NCBI GenBank assembly: GCA_016713925.1
Contig: JADJOH010000002.1
Coordinates: 371,701 to 435,700 of the forward strand
Direction of reading: 5' to 3'
DNA from: Bacteroidota bacterium
GTDB lineage: Bacteria > Bacteroidota > Bacteroidia > AKYH767-A > OLB10
DNA length: 64,000 nucleotides
Shown here: in pieces, positions 19,630 to 29,720 of the stretch
Position numbering within the stretch: position 1 is the stretch's first letter
Layout: each line of letters opens with the position of its first letter
The notes under the pieces: model-generated
What the model saw: only the letters and a program-made list of their open reading frames with translations
Database searches by the model: none
What the model was told of the DNA's origin: nothing
Program-made: the position numbers and the translations under genes

Positions 19630-20262
19630 ATGCAATACAACACCTCCAGAAAATCGCTGATCATTTCAGAATATGGGCGCTCCATACAGGAAATGGTAGA
19701 ATTCACCGTTCAGCTTGAAGACCGTGACGAGCGCACCAAAGCCGCAAAGACCATTGTAAATGCTATGGCCATTCTCAACCCGCAGTTACGCGAATTTGTC
19801 GATTATAAACATAAACTTTGGGATCATCTCTATATCATCTCCGACTTCAAACTGGATTGCGATTCCCCTTTTCCGATGCCCGACAAAGACCTCACCCATG
19901 TGAAGCCATCTCCCATGCCCTACCCTCAGAAAAACATTAAACTGAGACATTATGGCAGTACGATCGAGCTTATGATCAAGGAAGCGTTAAAGATGGAAGA
20001 TACTCCGGAACGTCAGCAGGTGGTGGAAGCCATTGCCAATTTTATGAAGATGAGTTACCTCACCTGGAACCGCGACTCGGTGGATGATGATGTCATCAGA
20101 GAACAATTGAAGGAATTTTCAGGAGGAGTATTAGAGATTCGTGATGATATGAAACTCACGAACAAATTCATCGATCTGAAAGAAGCAGACAGAAGAAATC
20201 AACGAAATAAAAATCTCAGAAAACAACGTACCCCTACCAATGGATACAGCCGTGGCAAATAA
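19630..20262 (+). CDS. DUF4290 domain protein
   Basis: Likely start MQYNTSRKSLIISEYGRSIQEMV (the track ORF begins 12 codons earlier). DUF4290 is characteristically upstream of murA in Bacteroidota. Confidence 0.6.
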   Translation: MQYNTSRKSLIISEYGRSIQEMVEFTVQLEDRDERTKAAKTIVNAMAILNPQLREFVDYKHKLWDHLYIISDFKLDCDSPFPMPDKDLTHVKPSPMPYPQKNIKLRHYGSTIELMIKEALKMEDTPERQQVVEAIANFMKMSYLTWNRDSVDDDVIREQLKEFSGGVLEIRDDMKLTNKFIDLKEADRRNQRNKNLRKQRTPTNGYSRGK

Positions 20263-20281
20263 ACCCGCCGAAACTTCGAAT

Positions 20282-21592
20282 ATGACAGGTGGCAGTTTTG
20301 AAATCACCGGTGGCTGCAAACTGAATGGTACTATTGAACCTCAGGGAGCCAAGAATGAAGCCTTGCAAATACTTTGTGCAGTTTTGCTTACTGAAGAAGA
20401 ATGCATCATAGAAAATGTTCCGGAGATACGGGATGTCATCAAGCTGATTGAATTGCTCGGAAAAATGGGCGTACAGACCCAACGCTTAAAGCCCAATACG
20501 TTCTCCTTTACGGCTAAAAACATTGATCTCAGTTATCTCGAGACAAAAGAATTTGCCAAATTGGGAGCTGCTTTAAGAGGGTCTATCATGATTATTGGTC
20601 CCTTGCTTGCCCGCTATGGGAAAGCCGCGATTCCAAAGCCGGGTGGAGATAAAATCGGACGCAGACGGTTAGATACCCATTTTATCGGTTTCCAAAATCT
20701 GGGTGCAAAATTTGATTTCGACAGCAATGATAATTTTTACCGGGTAGATGCGCAGCACCTGAAAGGAACGTATATGCTCCTCGACGAAGCTTCGGTTACA
20801 GGAACAGCGAATATCGTGATGGCCGCAGTGATGGCTGAAGGCACGACCACGATTTACAATGCCGCTTGCGAACCGTATTTGCAACAGCTCTGCAAAATGC
20901 TGAATCAAATGGGAGCTAAAATCACAGGTATTGGCTCCAACTTGCTGGTGATTGAAGGGGTGAAATCATTAAAAGGAACGAAACACCGCATCCTGCCGGA
21001 TATGATAGAAGTCGGTTCTTTTATCGGTCTGGCTGCCATGACGCAGAGTGAGTTGACCATTAAAAATGTAGGATTACAACATCTCGGCATTATTCCTTCT
21101 ACTTTTCAACGGCTGGGAATAAAGATGGAATTCAGAGGGGACGATATTTATATTCCGGCTCAGGAGATGTATGAGATCGATACCTTTATTGACGGATCTA
21201 TACTCACGATTGCCGATCAGATATGGCCCGGTTTCACACCGGACTTACTCAGTGTGATCCTCGTTACTGCTACTCAGGCTAAAGGAACTATTCTTGTCCA
21301 CCAGAAAATGTTTGAAAGCAGGTTGTTCTTTGTCGATAAACTTATCGATATGGGAGCACAGATCATCCTCTGTGATCCGCATCGTGCAACCGTTATCGGT
21401 CTTGCCCGTAAACACCCCTTGAAAGGCATTCAAATGACCTCACCCGATATTCGTGCAGGAGTAGCCCTCCTGATCGCCGCCATGAGTGCAAAAGGCAAAA
21501 GCGTGATCCATAATATCGAACAAATTGATCGCGGCTATGAAAGAATTGACGAACGTTTGAACGCGTTAGGAGCTCAGATAAAAAGAGTTTAA
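20282..21592 (+). CDS. murA: UDP-N-acetylglucosamine 1-carboxyvinyltransferase
   Basis: MTGGSFEITGGCKLNGTIEPQGAKNEALQILCAVLL... is MurA throughout. An alternative upstream start at 20240 overlaps the DUF4290 gene. Confidence 0.85.
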   Translation: MTGGSFEITGGCKLNGTIEPQGAKNEALQILCAVLLTEEECIIENVPEIRDVIKLIELLGKMGVQTQRLKPNTFSFTAKNIDLSYLETKEFAKLGAALRGSIMIIGPLLARYGKAAIPKPGGDKIGRRRLDTHFIGFQNLGAKFDFDSNDNFYRVDAQHLKGTYMLLDEASVTGTANIVMAAVMAEGTTTIYNAACEPYLQQLCKMLNQMGAKITGIGSNLLVIEGVKSLKGTKHRILPDMIEVGSFIGLAAMTQSELTIKNVGLQHLGIIPSTFQRLGIKMEFRGDDIYIPAQEMYEIDTFIDGSILTIADQIWPGFTPDLLSVILVTATQAKGTILVHQKMFESRLFFVDKLIDMGAQIILCDPHRATVIGLARKHPLKGIQMTSPDIRAGVALLIAAMSAKGKSVIHNIEQIDRGYERIDERLNALGAQIKRV

Positions 21593-21600
21593 TGTTCAAA

Positions 21601-21782
21601 GTTTAAGGTTTAAGGTTTAAGGTTTAAAGTTTAAGGTTTAAAGTTTAAAGTTTCAATAATTAAGTTGAAAGATTTGAAGATTAAAGTTAAAGGTTGAAAT
21701 AGCCAGAAGCCAGAAGCTAGAAGTCGGTAGCCGGGAGCCAGGAGCCGAGCCCGTAGCCGGGAGCCGGAAGCCGGAAGCCAAG
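21601..21782. repeat. Composite heptanucleotide tandem array: (GTTTAAG)x8, degrading through TTGAAAG-like units into (GAAGCCA / AGCCGGA)x12 with 7-nt phase largely kept
   Basis: Read directly from the sequence. The array begins 9 nt after the murA stop. Confidence 0.75.
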
Positions 21783-21885
21783 TTAGCTCTGGAGAAGTAA
21801 ATTATATTAAACACTATAATAAATCGGAATTGGTACTATTTTTGCCAAAGTCCCGCGTCTTAAAAGAAAAACATCTTAAAATCAT

Positions 21886-22470
21886 ATGAAAAAAATCGCT
21901 ATTCTGCTGGGGTTCAGTGGCTTCTTAGCTCTCGCAGCTGTCTCGTTAACTTCTTTTACAAAGAGTCCTCAGAACAATACCGGGACTGCAATCGGCAACA
22001 AGGCTATTGACTTAGCTTATACTAGTCCTGAAGGTAAATCAATCGCCCTCAGTTCTTTAAAAGGCAAAATGGTATTGCTCGACTTCTGGGCAAGCTGGTG
22101 CGGACCCTGCCGAATGGAAAATCCCCACGTAGTGGCGGCCTATCAAAAATTCAAGGATCAGAAATTTAAAAACGGAAAAGGCTTTACGATCTATAGCGTG
22201 AGTCTGGACCAAAACAAAGAAGCATGGATCAAAGCCATTGCAAAGGATAAACTCGAATGGCCCTACCATGTGAGTGATTTGGGCGGATGGCAGTCGAAGC
22301 CGGCAGCGACTTATGGCGTAAATTCCATCCCTGCCAATTACCTGATTGACGGAAACGGCGTCATTGTAGCACGCGGTTTAAGAGGTGCAAACCTTGAATC
22401 TACACTGGAATCTTATCTGGCTAAAGGTGGAAGCAGCACCGGTTCAGACAAGGCCAACGAAACAAAATAA
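21886..22470 (+). CDS. TlpA-like thiol-disulfide oxidoreductase (redoxin/AhpC-TSA family lipoprotein)
   Basis: Signal peptide and WASWCGPCRMENPH motif. Confidence 0.7.
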   Translation: MKKIAILLGFSGFLALAAVSLTSFTKSPQNNTGTAIGNKAIDLAYTSPEGKSIALSSLKGKMVLLDFWASWCGPCRMENPHVVAAYQKFKDQKFKNGKGFTIYSVSLDQNKEAWIKAIAKDKLEWPYHVSDLGGWQSKPAATYGVNSIPANYLIDGNGVIVARGLRGANLESTLESYLAKGGSSTGSDKANETK

Positions 22471-22649
22471 AATAATCCGGGAATAAACTCCCTCCCATCC
22501 AACTAAGACAAAAGAGCTTCCTTTGGGAGGCTTTTTTGTTTTATGACCATTACTTCTGCCAATTTGTCTACTATTGCCCAATGGCAGTATTTTTGTGTCG
22601 GGCAAAAAAATACATGAAACTAAGAAACCCATTTAGCAATAGAAAAGTG

Positions 22650-23204
22650 ATGAGCCAGGAATCAGATAAGCAGAGTGAATTTCAGGATAACCCAATTGCA
22701 GAAGAAATCCAACGTTCTTCCGAAGCAGAGGCCTCCGAGCAAAAGCCATTGGAAGAGGATCCGATCGGTAAACTTGAAAAAGAAATCAGTGAACTAAAAG
22801 ACAATCATCTCCGGTTATATGCTGAGTTCGAAAATTATAAACGAAGAAACATCAAGGAAAGGGCGGAGTTAATCAAGTCGGCGGGATCAGATATCATTTC
22901 CTCTTTGCTGCCTACACTGGATGATTTTGAAAGAGCTTTAAAAGCAATGGGTGAAAATGCAGATCCTTCTACCCGGGAAGGCATCGTCTTGATTCATCAA
23001 AAACTTTTGAATACAATGGAACAAAAAGGATTGAAACCCATGGACTCCATTGGTCATGAATTTGATGTTGAATTGCATGAAGCCATCACAAAAATACCGG
23101 TTGAAGATGCTGCCATGAAAGGGAAAATTGTTGATGAAGTAGAAAAAGGATACTGGCTCAACGAAAAAGTTATACGCTATGCAAAAGTTGTTGTAGGCAG
23201 TTAA
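22650..23204 (+). CDS. grpE: Nucleotide exchange factor GrpE
   Basis: [13 protein letters not shown] and ...VIRYAKVVV GrpE signatures. Probable start MSQESDKQ at 22650 (the track ORF extends to 22536). Confidence 0.8.
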   Translation: MSQESDKQSEFQDNPIAEEIQRSSEAEASEQKPLEEDPIGKLEKEISELKDNHLRLYAEFENYKRRNIKERAELIKSAGSDIISSLLPTLDDFERALKAMGENADPSTREGIVLIHQKLLNTMEQKGLKPMDSIGHEFDVELHEAITKIPVEDAAMKGKIVDEVEKGYWLNEKVIRYAKVVVGS

Positions 23205-23215
23205 GAGAACATTAC

Positions 23216-24379
23216 ATGTCAAAAAGAGATTACTACGAAGTACTAGGAGTTGCGAAAGGCGCATCAGAAGCAGAGATAAAAAAAGCCTACCGACAAATGG
23301 CGCTGAAATTTCACCCCGATAAAAATCCGGGTGATAAAGCGGCCGAAGATAAATTCAAAGAAGCTGCAGAGGCCTATGAGGTCCTGAGCAACCCTGAAAA
23401 GAAAAGCAGGTACGATCAGTTTGGCCACAATGGCGTTGGCGGTGCTGCAGGATTTGGTGGCGGACAGAGCATGAACATGGAGGATATTTTCAGCCAGTTC
23501 GGTGATATTTTTGGAGGAGGAAATCCATTTGAAAGTTTCTTTGGCGGAGGCGGCGGAGGAGGTCGAGGCGGAAGAAGAACTGTTAACAGAGGAACGAATC
23601 TTCGCATAAAAGTTAAGCTCACCCTTGAAGAAATTGCTAAAGGGACTGAGAAAAAAATAAAGGTCAACAAACAAATCAGCTGCCAGACCTGTGGTGGTTC
23701 CGGAGCACAGGCCGGAACAGGTGCTTTTTCTACCTGCAATACGTGTAAAGGGAGCGGTCAAATCCGTCGTGTGACGAATAGCTTCCTTGGACAAATGCAA
23801 ACGATCACTACTTGTCCAACCTGTAACGGAGAAGGCCAAACGATCACCAATAAATGCAAGGCGTGTACCGGTTCCGGCTTGCAGCAAGGGGAGGAAATTA
23901 TCAGCATCAACATTCCACCCGGAGTAGCGGAAGGCATGCAACTCACCGTGAGCGGCAAAGGAAATGCAGCAGAACGTGGTGGCATTCCCGGTGACTTGTT
24001 GATTGTGGTGGAAGAGATACCACATCCTCAATTGCAACGAGACGGCGACCATCTCATCTTTGACCTCTACATCAGTTTTGCTGATGCTGCTTTGGGTGTT
24101 GCTATAGAAGTACCAACGCTGGAAGGAAAAGCAAAAATTAAAATCGAGCCGGGTACTCAAGGCGGAAAAGTTCTTCGTCTGAAAGGCAAGGGTGTTCCTG
24201 CACTGAATTCCTATACAAGAGGAGATTTACTCGTCAACATCAATGTTTGGACACCTCAGCAACTCAGCACGGAAGAAAAGAAAACGATGGAAAAACTTCG
24301 TGAATCAGAGAACTTCAAACCCAAGCCGGGAAAGGGAGATAAGAGTTTTTTCGAGCGGATGAAAGAATATTTTAATTGA
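23216..24379 (+). CDS. dnaJ: Molecular chaperone DnaJ
   Basis: J domain (YYEVLGV...HPDKNP), Gly-rich linker, four CxxCxGxG zinc-finger repeats and a C-terminal domain. Confidence 0.9.
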   Translation: MSKRDYYEVLGVAKGASEAEIKKAYRQMALKFHPDKNPGDKAAEDKFKEAAEAYEVLSNPEKKSRYDQFGHNGVGGAAGFGGGQSMNMEDIFSQFGDIFGGGNPFESFFGGGGGGGRGGRRTVNRGTNLRIKVKLTLEEIAKGTEKKIKVNKQISCQTCGGSGAQAGTGAFSTCNTCKGSGQIRRVTNSFLGQMQTITTCPTCNGEGQTITNKCKACTGSGLQQGEEIISINIPPGVAEGMQLTVSGKGNAAERGGIPGDLLIVVEEIPHPQLQRDGDHLIFDLYISFADAALGVAIEVPTLEGKAKIKIEPGTQGGKVLRLKGKGVPALNSYTRGDLLVNINVWTPQQLSTEEKKTMEKLRESENFKPKPGKGDKSFFERMKEYFN

Positions 24380-24441
24380 AGTTTAAGGTATACCTTATAG
24401 CTATAGACTCTCACATTCCTCGAACACCAGCCCTGTAGGGG

Positions 24442-25023
24442 CTAGCTAATGTCGCTTCTAAACTTATTTGCCAATCGCGTATACACCGCTGTATCGTGAA
24501 AGGTGCCATTGGCAAAATAATTTTCCCGGAAATAGGCTTCACGAATGAAATTATTGCGCTCCAGTAATTTGATGGAGGGGAGGTTCGACGGGTCTACATT
24601 CGCTTCTAATGAATGCAGTCCTAACGTTTCAAAGCCATATTTAATGACTTCGTTAAATGCTTCCTGCATGTATCCTTTTCCCTGATACTGCGGATGTAAT
24701 ACATACCCCAATTCACCGCGGTAATGTTCCTTTATAAATCGCCAGATGCCCAGATTCCCGATCATCCTTTCCGGAGCGTCCTTCAATGCCATCACCCAGG
24801 TGATTCCTTCATTGCTGATCAGTAAACTTTCAACGAGCTGTATGAATTCCTCTGCCTGTTTTATTTCAGTGGCGAGAGGGCGCAATGAATACTTGTTGAC
24901 TTCAGGATTTGAACGAAGAAAAAAAACTTCTTCTGCATCTTCAACTTTCATCCTCCGTAATAGCAGGCGAGGTGTTTCCATTACCGGAAAAGGAAGAAGT
25001 TGCGGCTCAAATAGCATTTGCAT
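24442..25023 (-). CDS. GNAT family N-acetyltransferase (RimJ/RimL-like)
   Basis: 193 aa with a GNAT acetyl-CoA binding fold pattern (LHPQYQGKGYMQEAF). Confidence 0.6.
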   Translation of the reverse strand: MQMLFEPQLLPFPVMETPRLLLRRMKVEDAEEVFFLRSNPEVNKYSLRPLATEIKQAEEFIQLVESLLISNEGITWVMALKDAPERMIGNLGIWRFIKEHYRGELGYVLHPQYQGKGYMQEAFNEVIKYGFETLGLHSLEANVDPSNLPSIKLLERNNFIREAYFRENYFANGTFHDTAVYTRLANKFRSDIS

Positions 25024-25130
25024 TTATATGAAGGAGGAGAAGATGTACAGGATCACAAAACTAATGGTTTGTTGCGGTAATCTTCGATGGATAGTCGCAA
25101 AGTTATAAAAATGATGGAGATGCAAAGATT

Positions 25131-25215
25131 TGATGATTTGAAAATTGTGATGATTTGAAAATTGTGATGATTTGATCGCGAAGTCTTGCGTTGTGATGAT
25201 TTGAATGCGAAGTGA
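25131..25215. repeat. Tandem 17-nt repeat tgatgatttgaaaattg (about 2 copies plus degenerate copies with core GATGATTTGA)
   Basis: Seen between the two GNAT genes. The core motif recurs near 26100-26150 and 29470-29490. Confidence 0.6.
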
Positions 25216-25259
25216 TGAGGGCTTCCGACGTTTTAAATTTATTACATCTTATTCATATA

Positions 25260-26060
25260 TCATCCCAACTGCCCTCCTATCCTGTTGTACATGGCTGTCG
25301 GATCCCAATCCATTTTTTTTCCGATGTACATTCGGGTTGAAATGCGAAAGGGCCGGAGTCCGGCGGCTTCCATAAAATTTAGTGCCGCTTTATTACTTTG
25401 AGGTATAACAGCATTTCGTTTGGTGGATGTACGAAGATTCATGAGTGCTGATCCTGCTGTAGCATTGAGGGCGAAGATTAATCCTTCTCCCAGTGATGGC
25501 AAATAGTAACCAGTCAGCACATCTCCCTCATAAAAAACGGAAGCCTCTGTCATATAGTTTAACAACATGGTGCTTCTGTCCTCACCGGACAAGGCTTTAT
25601 CCAGTCGCGAAATCTCCTCTATATCTTTCGACTCGTAATTGCGGATGCGGTGATCTGCCAACTCCGGACGATAAACCGGGACGACATCAAAATGATCGTA
25701 TATGCTATCCGTTATAAAACCAATTTTTTTATACAAGGGATAGCCCATGGGTGTGGCGATGAGGTTGATCGTGGGTCGCAGCGTCATGTCGACGGAATCA
25801 ATTAAATACCGCGTCATCTTTTCTCCTATCCCTTGCCGTTGGTAATCAGGATGTGTTATGATGCAGGCCAGCCACGCAGATTCCGGGAACAGAATAGTTG
25901 CTCCCACAGCAGCGATGGTCTTGTTTACAATGAGTTTAAATGTAAAACAACCTGCATTTTCGAGCAGCAAACGGAACCTCGGTATCAGGTCACCCCAACC
26001 TTCGGGCTCGAGTGGTTTCAGCTGCTGAAGGTCGCCTTCAGTGAAGTTTTCGAATTTCAT
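25260..26060 (-). CDS. GNAT family N-acetyltransferase
   Basis: 266 aa with HPDYQRQGIGEKM acetyl-CoA binding motif. Confidence 0.55.
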   Translation of the reverse strand: MKFENFTEGDLQQLKPLEPEGWGDLIPRFRLLLENAGCFTFKLIVNKTIAAVGATILFPESAWLACIITHPDYQRQGIGEKMTRYLIDSVDMTLRPTINLIATPMGYPLYKKIGFITDSIYDHFDVVPVYRPELADHRIRNYESKDIEEISRLDKALSGEDRSTMLLNYMTEASVFYEGDVLTGYYLPSLGEGLIFALNATAGSALMNLRTSTKRNAVIPQSNKAALNFMEAAGLRPFRISTRMYIGKKMDWDPTAMYNRIGGQLG

Positions 26061-26200
26061 TGAAGATCCGAATATCGTGAATTAATTTTTACATGATGAT
26101 CATTTGAACACTGATTTGACGGATTATTCGGATTTACGCAGATTTGATGGAGGGTGAATGTGATTGCTTGTGGTTGTCAGGATTGAAATTATAACTACCT

Positions 26201-26710
26201 TTGAAAGACCAATACTCCTTTATGCAAAAACTCACCCTCGACAGTCATTTTGAAAAATACGAATCATTTGAAGAGTTAACAGCACAAGATCGTTTGCTTG
26301 TAGAGGAAGCGAAGAAGGCGGCCGATGATGCCTATGCGCCTTATTCCCGATTTCATGTGGGTGCTGCTGTGATGCTGGAAAATGGGGTAATTGTGCGGGG
26401 GAGTAATCAGGAAAATGCAGCCTATCCTTCCGGACTCTGCGCTGAGCGTGTAGCCTTGTTTGCTGCAGGAGCACAACATCCCGGAAATAAAATCATCGCC
26501 ATCGCCATTACCGCCTATCCCGAAGGAAAAAAGCTTCCTGTCGTTCCAATTAGCCCTTGTGGAGATTGCCGGCAGGTAATGGCCGAATATGAATTGCGTT
26601 ATGCACATAAAATCCGGCTGATCATGGAGGGGGGCAAAGGAACATATATCGTTTCCGATTGTGTGGCTCAGTTGCTGCCGTTTTTGTTCAGCGGAGATGT
26701 CCTCAAATAG
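26201..26710 (+). CDS. cdd: Cytidine deaminase
   Basis: Zinc ligand motifs CAERVALF and PCGDCRQ. Confidence 0.8.
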   Translation: MKDQYSFMQKLTLDSHFEKYESFEELTAQDRLLVEEAKKAADDAYAPYSRFHVGAAVMLENGVIVRGSNQENAAYPSGLCAERVALFAAGAQHPGNKIIAIAITAYPEGKKLPVVPISPCGDCRQVMAEYELRYAHKIRLIMEGGKGTYIVSDCVAQLLPFLFSGDVLK

Positions 26711-26950
26711 AAAATCCGTGTCCATCCGAATTATCTGCCTGATATCCGATCTGTTTTTTAGATCAAAATTGTAAGGAACGCGGCTGACACGGATTGAAAT
26801 GATTTGCACGGATGGTTCTCGGAACATCCTTTGATCTACTTAACTATTACTTTATCAATTATTTAAAATTTTATTGTGGGAAGGGATTTATTTGCTTTAC
26901 CGTGAACGACTACATCAATTTATACACCCTCTTTCCTTATTTTTGCCCAT

Positions 26951-27967
26951 ATGGAAACAGCCACCAAGACGAAAAAGACTAAACCTAAATACAGCGCTGA
27001 GCAATACCTGAAGTGGTATGAGGACATGCAATTGATGCGGCGGTTTGAAGAGAGGGCCGGTCAATTGTACGGCATGCAAAAGATCAAGGGTTTTTGCCAT
27101 TTATACATCGGCCAGGAAGCCGTTGTGGCAGGAGCCATGAGTGTATTGAAACCGGAAGACGCGATGATTACTGCTTATCGTGATCATGCACATGCATTGG
27201 GAAAAGGGATCAGCGCCCGCGAAGTGATGGCGGAACTATTTGGAAAAATCACAGGCTGCTCAAAAGGCAAGGGTGGTTCTATGCATATGTTCTCTAAAGA
27301 GAAACGCTTCTTTGGCGGTCACGGCATTGTGGGTGCACAGATTCCACTGGGAGCGGGCATTGCCTTTGCCGAAAAATACAACAAGACCGGAAATCTATGT
27401 GTCTGCTATTTCGGAGATGGCGCGGTTCGTCAGGGTGCATTACATGAAGCTTTCAACATGGCGATGCTATGGGAATTGCCTGTCATATTCATTGTGGAGA
27501 ACAATGCTTATGCCATGGGAACTTCTGTTGAACGTACTTCTAATGTTCATGATTTACATAAAATTGGTTTAGCGTACGATATGCCCAGCTATTCCGTAGA
27601 TGGGATGAGTGTAGAAGCAGTACACGAGGCGATGGAGATGGCGGCGAACCATGCCCGCACCAAGGGACCCATTTATTTAGAAATTAAAACGTATCGCTTC
27701 CGTGGACATTCCATGAGCGACCCGGCAAAATACCGTACCAAGGAAGAAGTAGAAAGTTACAAAGCACAGGATCCGGTAGAAATTGTAAAGCAGATTTTGA
27801 TTGCGAATAAAATGTCGACAGAGGAGGAAATTGAAAAGATCAATGAGCGTATCAACGAAGTGGTGGAAGACAGTGTCCGGTTTGCGGAGGAGTCTCCTTA
27901 TCCGGATGTGAGTGAGTTGTTTAAAGATGTTTATACGCAAGGAGATTATCCTTATATTACAGATTAA
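26951..27967 (+). CDS. pdhA: Pyruvate dehydrogenase (acetyl-transferring) E1 component, alpha subunit
   Basis: 338 aa. ThDP-binding region GGSMHMF...YFGDGAVRQGALHEAFNMA. Confidence 0.85.
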   Translation: METATKTKKTKPKYSAEQYLKWYEDMQLMRRFEERAGQLYGMQKIKGFCHLYIGQEAVVAGAMSVLKPEDAMITAYRDHAHALGKGISAREVMAELFGKITGCSKGKGGSMHMFSKEKRFFGGHGIVGAQIPLGAGIAFAEKYNKTGNLCVCYFGDGAVRQGALHEAFNMAMLWELPVIFIVENNAYAMGTSVERTSNVHDLHKIGLAYDMPSYSVDGMSVEAVHEAMEMAANHARTKGPIYLEIKTYRFRGHSMSDPAKYRTKEEVESYKAQDPVEIVKQILIANKMSTEEEIEKINERINEVVEDSVRFAEESPYPDVSELFKDVYTQGDYPYITD

Positions 27968-28086
27968 CGGAATTAAAATTATTTTAACAAGGGCGCTAGT
28001 CGGATATATTGAATATATGTAGAGAACAACATATATATTTATCGCCTCTTGTTACTTCATAAAAACCGAACTACATAAAAAAATAT

Positions 28087-29409
28087 ATGGCAGAGATAGT
28101 CAGGATGCCCAAGATGTCAGATACCATGACGGAAGGCGTAGTAGTGAAATGGCATAAGAAAGTAGGAGACACTATAAAAAACGGTGACCTGGTTGCAGAA
28201 ATTGAGACCGACAAAGCCACGATGGAATTTGAATCGTATCAGGCGGGCACTTTACTTTATATTGGCATTGAAGAAGGGAAAGCTGCACCGGTTGACAGCA
28301 TCTTAGCCATTTTAGGAAAAGCCGGTGAGGATTATAAAGAATTACTTGCAAAGGAAGAAGCTGCCACTGCCAGTGCAAAATCTGTGGTTGCACCGGAAGC
28401 GAAGAAAGCTCCGGTTGAAAAAGCCGAACCTGCTGTTGTTGCCTCTGCGGGAGCGGTTCCTTCCTCTGCTCCTGTTACCCCTCCTGCCCCATCGATCGCT
28501 GCACCAAAAGTGAAGGAGATGATGAGCACCATGAATGGCGATCAACGTTTGAAGGTTTCTCCGCTGGCCAAACGGTTGGCGAATGAAAAAGGCATTGATC
28601 TCGGCATGCTGAAAGGTTCCGGCGAACACGGAAGAATAGTGAAACGTGATATCGACTGGTTTAAGCCGGGCACTTTCGTATCCTCGTCGCCGTTAGCTAC
28701 CAATGCGGTCACTAAAGAGAGTTTTGAAGAGGTGACTGTTTCCCAAATGCGTAAAACCATTGCCCGTCGCCTGAGTGAAAGTAAATTTTCAGCACCTCAT
28801 TTCTACCTCACCATGGATATCGACATGGACGAAGTGGTTCGGGCCCGAGAGAGCGTGAATCAGGTCACAGAAGTCAAGATTTCATTCAATGATTTCGTTG
28901 TGAAAGCAGCGGCATCCGCACTGCGTCAGCATCCTGCCGTAAATGCGTCGTGGTTAGGCGATCGTATCCGGTATAATCATCATATCAATATTGGTATCGC
29001 AGTGGCGGTAGATGAAGGATTGCTGGTTCCTGTAGTTCGTTTCGCCGACAGCAAGACCTTGAGTCAAATTGCTGTTGAAGTGAAGGAGTATGCTAAAAAA
29101 GCCAAGGAGAAAAAATTGCAGCCGCAAGATTGGGAAGGAAATACGTTTACCATTTCTAATCTCGGCATGTTTAATATCGAAGAATTTACTGCGATTATTA
29201 ATCCACCGGATGCCTGTATTTTAGCAGTAGGAGCGATTAAGCAAATTCCAGTTGTGAAAAACGGAACTATTCAACCGGGCAATGTGATGAAGGTAACATT
29301 GAGCTGTGATCACCGTGCTGTTGACGGAGTAGTTGGATCGAAATTTCTGAATACGTTTAAGGCGCTGTTGGAAAATCCGGTGGTACTGCTTGGGCAAGGA
29401 AATATTTAA
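28087..29409 (+). CDS. Dihydrolipoamide acyltransferase E2 component (pyruvate dehydrogenase complex)
   Basis: Lipoyl domain (AEIETDKATMEFES), Ala/Pro-rich linker, peripheral subunit-binding domain, catalytic domain with DHRAVDG. Confidence 0.85.
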   Translation: MAEIVRMPKMSDTMTEGVVVKWHKKVGDTIKNGDLVAEIETDKATMEFESYQAGTLLYIGIEEGKAAPVDSILAILGKAGEDYKELLAKEEAATASAKSVVAPEAKKAPVEKAEPAVVASAGAVPSSAPVTPPAPSIAAPKVKEMMSTMNGDQRLKVSPLAKRLANEKGIDLGMLKGSGEHGRIVKRDIDWFKPGTFVSSSPLATNAVTKESFEEVTVSQMRKTIARRLSESKFSAPHFYLTMDIDMDEVVRARESVNQVTEVKISFNDFVVKAAASALRQHPAVNASWLGDRIRYNHHINIGIAVAVDEGLLVPVVRFADSKTLSQIAVEVKEYAKKAKEKKLQPQDWEGNTFTISNLGMFNIEEFTAIINPPDACILAVGAIKQIPVVKNGTIQPGNVMKVTLSCDHRAVDGVVGSKFLNTFKALLENPVVLLGQGNI

Positions 29410-29687
29410 TTGAATTATGAATTTTTTTTGATGAAGGTTGAATTAAAATATTTCGAATGGTTATCGAATGATGGAATTAGATGATTTGAAAAGACCTGAG
29501 TGCCGGAGTATTTGATATTTTGAATAGTACAGCATCTTGGTCTAGCTTATAACTAACACGTACACTATTCTGTACGTCGATTCCCGGTACTTAGAATCAA
29601 ATTGAACACATCGTTATTCGCTGAAGTCTTACCTTAATTACTAAGGCCCCCTGTTCCATAAGCACACTCCAATAATTCAACACTCCA

Positions 29688-29720
29688 ATTCTGAATTCTG
29701 AATTCTGAATTCTGAATTCA
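29688..29720. repeat. Heptanucleotide tandem repeat (ATTCTGA)x4.7
   Basis: The repeat overlaps the stop codon of the acyl-CoA ligase gene. Confidence 0.7.

Noticed and set aside
21601-21782. Possibility that the heptamer arrays are CRISPR arrays
   Set aside because: The units are 7 nt with no intervening unique spacers. CRISPR repeats are 24-48 nt separated by spacers of similar length, and no cas genes are nearby.
23264-24160. 298-aa minus-strand ORF overlapping dnaJ (with shorter ones at 23416-23739 and 23758-23985)
   Set aside because: Antisense to the unmistakable dnaJ CDS. It is an open antisense frame of a kind common opposite GC-rich glycine-repeat coding sequence.
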